A DNA stretch of 64,000 nucleotides from Antedon mediterranea (lineage: Eukaryota; Animalia; Echinodermata): NCBI RefSeq assembly GCF_964355755.1, contig NC_092678.1:10910352-10974351 (forward strand), read 5' to 3'. Shown here piece by piece: positions 38,742 through 50,000 of this stretch. The notes under the pieces are model-generated. The model saw only the letters and a list, made by a program, of their open reading frames with translations. It made no database searches and was not told where the DNA came from. The position numbers and the translations under genes are program-made. Position 1 is the first letter of the stretch. Every line of letters starts with the position of its first letter.

Positions 38742-41288
38742 CTAGATGGCACGCTCGCTTCGCTCGCGTACCATCTAGGGGTGCTCACAGATGGTTCTCG
38801 AATACAGTAGAATCCACGGACGGGGACTTTTTTGGGACACTAAACAAAAACGGAAGTGTCCCTCTAATTGGGGTATTCAGAAATAGAGACAACAAAACCA
38901 ATACTGGATTCCATAAAGGACAATTAATTTATGTGGATTAAAGAAATTAGGGAGAAATGGAAATGTATGTACGGGAATTGGGCGGCGGCACGTGGTGGTG
39001 GTGATGGAACCGCAGTAATAAAGTTGATTGTATTTATATATTATAAGAACCAAACTAAATAAATAGACCTAGACATTCTGCAAAATGGAAATCGGAAATT
39101 CAAGCTCCTATTCAGTGAAAAATTAAACTGTAGTCTACCTAAATATTTAGGGCAAATCATCGGTTGTGGTGTTGAACTTCCTGTAAACATTTGTGTGAAC
39201 CAAACTGGGTCGAATTTCTGTCATGAGTACTGATTTGTTGGCCTGTGATTTATGACGCCTAAGGGATCTATCTAGACTTATTTTTTAGAATAATGTACGT
39301 ACCTGTCAGATACAATTGTCTTGTGTCGTATAATAAATAAGTACTGTAATAGTTACTGAAGTTACTATTACAATCTCGTCAATGAAAACACGAAAATGTA
39401 TATGCACTTACTTATGAAAACGTATACAGTATTATACTCAGTTATTGAAACAGTAGGTTTAAACAAGTTTCGTTTGTCTGTAAAATGATGTAATCAAGCT
39501 GTTTACATGAGTCTTAATTTATAAGCACATCAATAATAAAATAGTTTATCTATCCTGTAATTGGCGAGATTATGGTCGCTGTTGAATGAAATAAAGCCAA
39601 TCGGTATCATATTTGTACAGAAACGTTTTCGCGGCCGAAGGGTGTAACCTAAATTCGTTGTATTATCGTCAAGAACTAACTGTAACTAAACTTACATAGA
39701 AAGTAGGGTATCATAAATTTGGCCTTAGCACTCGGGGGAGTGGCAAAGATGAAGTCCGTGGGACTACTAAATATAAATTGTAATGAACCTCGAGGGACAT
39801 AAATAGGAATATTTCATGTTTCATTATCAATGTATAATAAATGGAAACTGTTTACCGATTCAAATAATAGAAATTGGTTTTTAACATTTTCCGAACCTAT
39901 TGCAAGTTTATTCTCAAAGGGCCCATATATTTACCTACCGTATGTGTTAAACCAAGGGCTCATAAATGTACCTACAGTACTTGTGTTAAACCAAACTGGA
40001 TGTTCCATTCATCGCAAATCAATACATTTGTATAATCGTATATTAAATCTATCAAAATAGTATTTTTTAAAGAAAATCGGCCTGTCTTCAACATTATGAT
40101 GGTGTACTCTAGCAATCTATCAAAATAGTATTTTTTAAAGAAAATCGGCCTGTCTTCAACATTATGATGGTGTACTCTAGCTGTTCAACCGGTTTTCAGC
40201 TATTAAAAACAATTATCGTAGGAGGAGATAGGAAAATGCGAAGCCTCTTCGCTATGTAACATTAGGGTTGAGGGATGGGAAAGCGGATAGGTACAAAGAG
40301 GAACAATTTTTAAATATATTCTTTATCCACTGAGTAACGAAATATTTTGTTCATGTTTTATAGGCCTATAAATAATATACCTCTAAATACAGTAGGCCTA
40401 AAACATTTGCGATTTAATACTTTGTTAAAACTGTCACTGTCATAATCGATTGAAATATTAAAGTACATGTCACGATACACCACTACGACGTTTATATTTT
40501 TGGTAATTATTAATTAATACAAACGTTGAGAAGAAACTGTCGGTATAAAGTTTATTTGTATATCTAACAGTAGAGCCTATCCACAGTCTCAGTAATAAAG
40601 TTTATTTGTATATATTTTTATATTACATCTAACAGTACGAACATTCACAGTAAGAAATGTTCGATTCAAATGAAAAATAGTTAATAGGTATTTACAGTAT
40701 TGTCAAAGTATTGCAAGTTTATTCTCAAAGGGCCCATATATTTACCTACCGTATGTGTTAAACCAAGGGCTCATAAATTTACCTACAGTACTTGTGTTAA
40801 ACCAAACTCTGGCAGACTGAGAGATTGGGATGTTCCATTCATCGCAAATCAATACATTTGTATAATCGTATATTAAATCTATCAAAATAGTATTTTTTAA
40901 AGAAAATCGGCCTGTCTTCAACATTATGATGGTGTACTCTAGCTGTTCAACCGGTTTTCAGCTATTAAAAACAATTATCGTAGGAGGAGATAGAAAAATG
41001 CGAAGCCTCCTCGCATTTTTTTGGCGGGTATTTTTCAAGATGGACATCCATTAGACAGTGTATACCACGATCGGAAAACACCCCTATTTGGGGAAAATCT
41101 TTGAACCTAAATTCGTTTTAATCGTCAATAACTAATTATCTAACTCAATTTAATTAGTAAACAGGGTTACATCAGGCGGTTAAAATCAGTACCGAAAGTA
41201 CGAACCAACTTTACATACCATCGAGTGAAAATTCTAGAAGTAAGGCGCGATTTACCGAATTTTGCCCTTACGTAAATTTATATATAGA
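38742..41288 (-). mobile_element. Non-autonomous Helitron (~2.55 kb)
   Basis: Minus strand starts A|TCTATATATAAA at 41288 and ends CTAG|T at 38742, with GC-rich hairpin CTAGATGGCACGC...GCGTACCATCTAG (38742-38778); no TSD; internal duplications. Confidence 0.8.
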
Positions 41289-42188
41289 TTATTATTAATT
41301 AATGAGTAATATAAACTTATTTTTAACATTTAATGCTGGAAGCTGATTCTACTCCTAACAAGGTGTCATACCTCCAAATTTCGTCAACGTATTCAAAGCA
41401 CTTCAATAAATATCACATTGAACATTAAAAATTAGGGTTATGGATAGAATTTTGCTTAAAAACATATACAAAAAACATCAATAAACTATCAATAAAGCTA
41501 TAAAGCTATTGGTACGAGTTGACCAATTATTTGGGTACGAGTTAGCCAAGTTTGGTACGAGTTGACATGGGTACGTTACGGGTTGACCAGCCCCCTAGAA
41601 TACGGATAAAGATCAACCCGTACCCCCATGCCGACTCGTTCCCATCCCATAGTAGAATACTACTTACATGTTAGTTTAGCCTGGCTGGGCTAACCTACCT
41701 CACCTCTCACATGCCCTCCTGAAAAAATTACTGGAAACCTACCCTAGCCTACTAGACCTAGATAGTAGTGATCCGTAGTACCATGGAACTATAATAAATG
41801 GTAGACGTACTAGTACTGTGTAGTATATGTTAACATGTCTTGCTCTACGAGGCCTTTTTATGCTCATAGGATGGCTTTTTTGGGCGTCCCAATGTAGGCC
41901 TATGCCTATAGCTAGGGCAGATTTCCCATTCCTGCAGGCCTGTAGCCTACGCTCTAGTAGGGCGGCCGGGTGTACTCTGGTCGATTCACCCCTGGTCGAC
42001 ACGTACCCATGCCAACTTTCATTTCATTTCATTTCATTATTTATTTGGTCTATTTAAGTATATACAAAAAAAAAAACTGAAATTGGGGAGACCAGGGTCA
42101 ACCTAAGTGAACTTAATCACTGTAGCTGAGCCGGTTGACCCAACCCCAAAGTCAGTTTACACATAAAAGACACAAAGACAAAAAACAG

Positions 42189-44350
42189 TTACAGCGAATC
42201 AAAATGAATATGAACTTTTCTAATGAAGGCTGATGGGCTTTCTAGGACTGCAGCATCTGTCAACGGTCTGGGAAGCTGGTCCCAGACACGGGGTAACCTG
42301 ATTGCTATAGAATGAAAAAAAAGCCTGTGTCCTTGATGCTTGATGTCTGAAGCACAAGCGATCATTGTGGCGAGTATTTATTAAAATACAGTCATGAACT
42401 GTGCTGCAGTCCAGAAACCCACCAGAACCTTAAAACAAAATATAATAAGAAATTTATATCTTCTAACAGACAAAGATGAAACTGAAAGCAAATTTAACCT
42501 CTCCTCATAGCACATCTGTCCACGATGCTGTTTGAGAGCAAGACGAGTTGCTCTCCTATGGACCCCCTCAAGCTGATCTGACAAAGACTTCGTCCATGGA
42601 AACCAAGCAGGTTGCGCATACTCTAGACCGTGCAAAACAAGACTTTTGTACAAAGACAAAAATGTACTGGTCGATGTCCAGCCACACTCCAAACAAAGCC
42701 CAACATACGTTTAGCTTTGGAAACAATGACATGGACATGGTCATCCCAGGTCAATTTTGAGTTAAAAGTAACACCAAGATATTTAAAAGATGTCACCGGA
42801 CTAATATGAGAGCCAAACAAAAGGTATTTAGACAACTGTCTGTTACGCAAACGTGTGACATGCAGGATATTCGTCTTCATAACATTGAAAGGCATGCGAT
42901 TTGCTTGGCTCCACAGACCAAGTCGGTCCAGATCAGCTTGAAGGTTTAGAGAATCCTGAAGAGAGTTAATTGCATTATAAATAAGAGTATCGTCAGCAAA
43001 AATAGCAGTTTTACATTTAAGTGAACAAATAATATCGTTAATAAAAAAGTTAAAAAGAATGGGACCAAGTACACTACCTTGAGGTACCCCACTGGTTACC
43101 TCCACCCAGTTAGATGAAGACCCTTTAAATTGAACCTTTTGGTATCTTTCAATTAAAAAAGACTTTAACCAGTACCATATATCACCAGTAATGTTAAATT
43201 GCTGGGAAAGCCTATTGAGGAGAATGTCATGAGGCATCCGGTCAAAGGCCTTCGAGATATCTAAAAAAATGGCATCAATATGGGGTGGAGATCTTTTATC
43301 TAAAATAGAGGACCAGTCATGGATAATAGTTGCAAGTTGCGTGGCACATGATTTATTAGGTAAAAACCCATGTTGGTTTTCGATAAACAAGCAATTTTCA
43401 GTAGCATGTTTTAGAAGTGCTTGCACCACAAGCCTCTCCAGCAATTTACCGACAACAGATGTTAAAGCCACCGGGCAGTAGTTGTTAAAATCGGCAGTCA
43501 CTCCTTTCTTAAAGATAGGGGTGACATGTGCCCTCTTCCAACCTTCTGGCACACAACCTGATGAAATAGAAATTTTAAACAACTCGTAAAGAACTGGGGC
43601 AAATGTCGGGGCACAGAGCTGGAGAAGCTTGGGAGACAAGTTGTCTGGGCCTGCAGCCTTGTTTGTTTTAAGTTTCTGCAACATGCTAGTGATTTTTGAA
43701 ACAGAAAAATAAACATTAGATAAGGTTGGTAGTGGATATAAACAAGGTAAAGGAGTATCTGGAATATTCTCAGAATAATTAAAAACGGACGAAAAGACAT
43801 TTTGAAAGCACTGAGCGATATCTTCCGGCTTTTCAATTTGTGTTCCATCAAGCATGAAAACACTAGCACAAGAAGAATTACGTTTCATTCTGACATGTCC
43901 CCAGAATCTACGTTTGTTGTCAGGAGATGAAAACAACTTATTTACATAATTATAAAACGCTCTTTTGGTCTTGTATTTTAAATCATTTCTAATTTGTTTA
44001 TGTTTAGTCCAAATGTCCATTGATTGAGTCTTCACAAACTTTCTAAACAGAGCTCGTTTCTTGTTGGCTAGCCGTAAGATGTCGATCGTAATCCATGGTT
44101 TGTTCTTGGATTTCTTGCGTATCACCACTGGGACACTGTCTCTAACCGCGGCCTCTAGTAGGTCCAGGCAGCCTTCCCAAGATGAGTTGATGTCTTGATG
44201 GTCAATCACCATACACCACGGGGCAAGGTGCAATAACTGGTTAAGATGATTAGTGTCGGCATTCGCATAAGACAAAAACTGCCTTATAAGTGCTGGTTCA
44301 GGTTGAGCTTTTTGCATTTGAAATTTGTATTCGACAGTGGTCAGATTCAA
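42189..44350 (-). pseudogene. LINE ORF2 reverse transcriptase and C-terminus (frameshifted)
   Basis: KAAGPD, QHGF, FLDISKAFD, SGVPQGSVLGPILF, FADD, FKYLG; continues after frameshifts near 42680 (LYKSLV...LEYA), 42420 and 42320 (RVWDQLP) to TAA at 42189. Confidence 0.92.
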
Positions 44351-45350
44351 GTGGATTGTCTGCGGTTTGTATTAACGAAAGACTGTCAGACGGATTCATG
44401 TAGAAGTGATCAATAAGAGTTCCTTCTGTTGGATCATCCAATGAAGGTCGAGTGAACGTTGGGACTAATTGAAGAAGTCCATATGTTTCCGTTATATCAA
44501 CTAAATGACGTTTGCCAGATGTGTTCACCAACCAGTCGATGTTAAGATCTCCAAGCAGGATGATACCTGTGACGTCGTGAATCTTGTGTTCGATGTTGGT
44601 TAATGCAACTTGGAGTTTCTCCCAGTATGCAACTGTGGATGACGGAGGACGGTATATGGTGCCAATTAGCCACTTACATTTGTGACCACTGCACATCACC
44701 CATATCAGCTCAAGATCGTCAGGTTCAAGGTCATTTAGACGAATTGGTGCAAGAGAGGTATGTACTGCAGTGAGAATACCACCACCCCTGTTAGAACGAT
44801 CCCTCCGAAATACGATGTGGGTTGAAGGCATACTCACGAGAAGAATAGTATCCAAGGACAACCAAGTTTCGACAATAGAGATAAAATCAAACCGTTGACT
44901 GTTGAGGAACATTTCTAGCGCATGAGTCTTACTGTTGATACTTCTAGCATTGAAAAACATTCCAGAAAGTTCATTTCTTTCTTTACTACCGTTGCTTCCA
45001 CCATGTTGTGGTAGAATAACTGGAACAGACCTAGGCCTATCTGGTCCAGGATTTGTGTCAATGTCCCCTGAAAGAAGTAGTTGGAATGTTGAAGAATGAT
45101 TGCTTGTATATGGAATTCTTGATTTACCAAATTTCCTAGGCCGTTGCCCGGAATAAACAGGGTCCATGTGTTGACAAATTTCCAGGGCAGGAAGCTCACC
45201 GTAGCCTGGAAAACAATACCTCTGAAGCATGCTTGGATGACTCAGTGGGCCTAGCATTCTGCTAGGATTGTAAACATTCCATTTCACTATACCAACTGAT
45301 ACTGCCGTTGTTATTACGGTAGAAATATACACTACACGCATTATAGACAT
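44298..45350 (-). pseudogene. LINE ORF2 N-terminal part: 2A-like peptide + apurinic-like endonuclease
   Basis: FFNARSI, ISIVETWL, RRDR..RGGG, IYRPP, LLGDLNID, TLIDHF, ESDH motifs; frameshift near 44300-44350. Confidence 0.9.
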
Positions 45351-46090
45351 TGCAAATGTTACAAAAGTAACTAATTAATAAGAATCACTGGCTATAGATC
45401 AGCTAATACCATGCAGTTTGTCATGTTACCCTATGGCAAGATACACAGTTCACATCACCATCCATTTTACTCGTACTTAACTTCCTACCCTAAACTCGTA
45501 TCCAACCAAATAATTGGTTGATTTCCCGCTAGACTAGTAGGCCTAGCCTAGCTACAATATTCATTATGCCCTGCTAAAAAGGTAGATGAGCTACTAGACT
45601 AATTACGTAATTCGTATAATAAAAACACCTATCCATTCTTGCATGGCAGTACGAAAACCTGACTATGGTTGTACATCATTGTAAATTGTCAACACACACT
45701 GTGCTACAGACAGTGTACCGTGTGTTAAAAGTACAGCATTTATAGCAGACAGCAACGTGTATAACTTGCTATAGTTTTACAGATAGCACCTGTGGACAGT
45801 AGCAGAATCGGGTGAACATATTATCTTCCCCATAATACACGTGCACAAGCTCATTTGCATAACAACCACGACGGCATACCAAACTGTTTAAAATAAAAAA
45901 ATAGAGTTGCACAGACTCCCGCCTGAAAATGGTACTTTACATAATTTGAAATTATATGAAACAAAATATATAAGACTAACAAGGACAATAGAGCTTTTCC
46001 CCGGAAAGTGCACCTATTCATTGAAATATGAAATTAAATATTAGGTCTCCAGTAGGCCTACTAGTCCATCATGTTTGGGGCAGAGCTAAT

Positions 46091-47057
46091 AATGAAAATA
46101 GAGCCCAGAATTGCACTTATACTTATACTTATTACCATACATAATCACCTATGATATTTATGATATTTGTTAAAAATTCAACTATCCAGATGCGAATTCA
46201 AAAGTTTAGGTAGAGTTTTCTACTTTAAAAACTCGACTTCGTATATGCCTAAGGCCTAGCCCGGCGGCGGAATTAGTCTAAGTTTCGAAATCAGTCTGGA
46301 AATCGGCATCTTTGCAAATGTTCTATATTTGATCTATTTCACTCTCCATTAACCCCATACCAAAATCATCGGAGACAAATTATCTGTTTAAAACATGTTT
46401 ATTCTGGGACGGTGCGGCCATACATACCAACTACCATCCATAAATGTTTATTCATAACATATTACAATTCAATATCTTGCATGAATCGAACATTTCGCTA
46501 CCAATGTAGCAACATTGATTAACAACATCAAAATTCAACAGTGTGGCGTGTTGACCGCGAATTACTAACAATACCATCTTTCCCACTACACCTGCAAAAA
46601 CTCATTTGCATAATAACAAACGGCAAACCAAACTACGGTGAGACATACATTCTCTTCTAAACACGTAACGAAGATAAATTAATTTCTTTTTACATTAAAT
46701 TGAGGGCGCTAAACATAAAATTTACGAGATCAAATATATGTAGCGAAAGCCAAAAAAAATTTAAAAATGTGCTCTCCCTGCCTCAGCACTAAGGCCCTGC
46801 CACGGCCTTGGGGTCGTTTCCACCACATCATCACCAGATGCATTGCTAGTGCCTTCTCAAGATGTGTGGTGGAAAGGGGGACGTAAATTCTGTGAACCCC
46901 AAACACAGTTTGTCGCATACCTTTAACTCTATTTCACCGACCAGCGTGGGAATCGAACCCACGACATACGTGTCAGTCGTCTGAGCTAACTGGCCATGTT
47001 GGTTTTAAAAAGGTTAATATGATATTTATGACGTAATGATGAATTACGTAATACACT
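46091..47057. repeat. Array leader sequence, copy 2
   Basis: Direct repeat of 1-971, followed by the same array start. Confidence 0.95.
46752..46995 (-). mobile_element. tRNA(Ile-like)-headed SINE-like / Pol III element, copy 2
   Basis: Minus strand GGCCAGTTAGCTCAG...GTCGTGGGTTCGATTCCCACGCTGGTCG: A-box start, perfect T-arm CGTGG-GTTCGATTC-CCACG, acceptor-like pairing GGCCAG/CTGGTC; ends in a T-run. Confidence 0.7.
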
Positions 47058-50000
47058 TATAAATAGACTATTATAAACTGTTCTGTCGTGTACTACTTTA
47101 TGGCATAACGGGTAATGCTCAGTTTTGAGTGCTCCCAGTAGTGGGTTCGAACCTGTAATTAGAAAATAAATATTGTTTTTGAAAGTGAGATATTTTGAAG
47201 GTTGTAAATGTCAGGCCTAAACAAGTGGACATTTTTTTCAATCAGAAACAAAGTTGCATGGCATTATTTTTCATTGATTGATCATTCATTTCATATAAAT
47301 AGACTGTTATCAGCTCTTCAGTCATCTACTGGTTTGTGGCGTAACCGGTAGTGCTCAGGTTTGAGTTCTCGCAGTAGTGGGTTCGAACATCTACGAATAT
47401 TATTTTTCTTTTTTTTTTTAATTGAAAATAAATATTGTTTTTGAAAGTGAGATATTTTGAGGGTTGTAAATGTCAGGCCTAAACAAGTGGACCTTTTTTA
47501 AAATCAGAAACAAAGTTGCATGACATAATTTTTCATAGATTGATCATTTATTTCATATAAATAGAGTATTATCAGCTCTTCAGTCATCTACTGGTTTGTG
47601 GCGTAACGGGTAATGCTCAAGTTTGAGTGCTCTCACTAGTGGGTTCGAACCTCTACTGATATTTTGTTTCTTTCTTTTTTATAATAGAAAATAATATTGT
47701 TTTTGAAAGTGAGATATTTTGAGGGTTGTAAATGTCAGGCCTAAACAAGTGGACCTTTTTGAAAATCAGAAACAAAGTTGCATGGCATTATTTTTCATTG
47801 ATTGATAATTCATTTCATATAAATAGACTATTACCAGCTCTTCAGTCATCTACTGGTTTGTGGCGTAACGAGTAATGCTCAGGTTTGTGTGCTCTGAGTA
47901 GTGGGTCGAACCTCTAGGGATATTTTTTTTCTTTTTTTTTTAAATTGAAAATAAATATGGTTTTTGAAAGTGAGATATTTTGAGGGTTGTAAATGTCAGG
48001 CCTAAACAAGTGGACCTTTTTTAAAATCAGAAACAAAGTTGCATGGCATTATTTTTCATTGATTGATAATTCATTTCTTATAAATAGACTATTATCAGCT
48101 CTTCAGTCATCTACTGGTTTGTGGCGTAACGGGTAATGCTCAGGTTTGAGTGCTCTGAGTAGTGGGTCGAACCTCTAGGGATATTTTTTTTCTTTTTTTT
48201 AAATTGAAAATAAATATGGTTTTTGAAAGTGAGATATTTTGAGGGTTTTAAATGTCAAGCTTAACCAAGTGGACCTTTTTTTAAAATCAGAAACAAAGTT
48301 GCATAACATCATTTTACATTGATAGATCATTCATTTCATATAAATAGACTGTTATCAGCTCTTCAGTCATCTACTGGTTTGTGGCGTAACCGGTAGTGCT
48401 CAGGTTTGAGTTCTCGCAGTAGTGGGTTCGAACATCTACGACTATTTTTTTTTCTTTTTTTTTTAATTGAAAATAAATATTGTTTTTGAAAGTGAGATAT
48501 TTTGAGGGTTGTAAATCTCAGGCCTAAACAAGTGGACCTTTTTTAAAATCAGAAACAAAGTTGCATGGCATTATTTTTCATTGATTGATCATTCATTTCA
48601 TATAAATAGACTATTATCAGCTCCGCAGTCATCTACTGGTTTGTGGCGTAACGGATAATGCTCAGGTTTGAGTGCTTTAAGTAGTGGGTTCGAACCTCTA
48701 GGGGTTTTTTTTTTTTAAATTGAAAATAAATATTGTTTTTGAAAGTGAGATATTTTGAGGGTTGTAAATGTCAGTCCTAAACAAGTGGACCTTTTTTAAA
48801 ATCAGAAACAAAGTTGCATGGCATTATTTTTCATTGGTTGATCATCCATTTCATATAAATAGACTATTATCAGCTCTTCAGTTATATACTGGTTTGCGGC
48901 GTAACGGGTAATGAGTGATTTCAATAGTGGGTTTGAACTTCTAGGGATATTTTTTTTTTTTTTTTATATTTGAAAATAAATATTGTTTTTGAAAGTGAGA
49001 TATTTTGAGGGTTGTAAATGTCAGGCCTAAACAAGTGAACATTTTTTTCAATCAGAAACAAAGTTGCATGGCATTATTTTTCATTGATTGATCATTCATT
49101 TCATATATATAGACTATTATCAGCTCCTCAGTCATCTACTGGTTTGTGGCGTAACGTGTAATTCTCAGGTTTGAGTGCTCTCAGTAGTGGGTTCGAACCT
49201 ATAGGGGTATTTTTTTAAATTTTTTTTTTAATTGAAAATAAATATTGTTTTTGAAAGTTAGATATTTTGAGGGTTGCAACTGTCAGGCCAAAACAAGTGA
49301 ACCTTTTTTAAAATCAGAAACAAAGTTGCATGGCATTATTTTTCATTGATTGATCATCCATTTCATATAAATAGACTATTATCAGCTCTTCAGTCATATA
49401 CTGGTTTGCGGCGAACGGATAATGCTCAGGTTTGAGTGATTTCAATAGTGGGTTCGAACTTCTAGGGATATTTTTTTTCTTTTTTTTTTTATTTGAAAAT
49501 AAATATTGTTTTTGAAGGTGAGATATTTTGAGGGTTGTAAATGTCAGGCCTAAACAAGTGAACCTTTTTTAAAATCAGAAACAAAGTTGCATGGCATTAT
49601 TTTTCATTGATTGGTCATTAATTTCATATAAATAGACTATTATCAGCTCTTCAGTTATCTACTGGTTTGTGGCGTAACGGGTAATACCCAGGTGTGAGTG
49701 CTCTCAGTAGCGGGTTCCAACCTGTAAGGATATTTTTTTTTTAATTGAAAATAAATATTGTTTTTGAAAGTGAGATATTTTGAGGGTTGCAACTGTCAGG
49801 CCTAAACAAGTGAACCTTTTTTAAAATCAGAAACAAAGTTGCATGGCATTATTTTTCATTGATTGATCATTCATTTCATATAAATAGACTATTATCAGCT
49901 CTTCAGTTATTTACTGGTTTGTGCCGTAACGGGTAATACCCAGGTTTGAGTGCTTTCAGTAGCGGGTTCCAACCTCTAGGGATATTTTTTTTTTTTTCTT

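Larger units (their letters stand above)
42018..45468 (-). mobile_element. CR1/L2-group non-LTR retrotransposon (LINE), ORF2 region only
   Basis: APE + RT coding sequence, 3' UTR hairpin, AATAAA and (TGAAA)n tail at 42018-42045; interrupts the right TIR of the foldback element; ACT on both sides (42015-42017, 45469-45471). Confidence 0.93.
35107..45814. mobile_element. Large foldback DNA transposon, Galileo-like (P superfamily), non-autonomous, with nested insertions
   Basis: Ends CACTCGATTCTGCTACTGTCCACAGG / CCTGTGGACAGTAGCAGAATCGGGTG; 7-bp TSD AACATAT (35100-35106, 45815-45821); left TIR 35107-36008, right TIR 41486-42017 + 45472-45814. No transposase recognised, so the Galileo label is inference. 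Confidence 0.85.
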
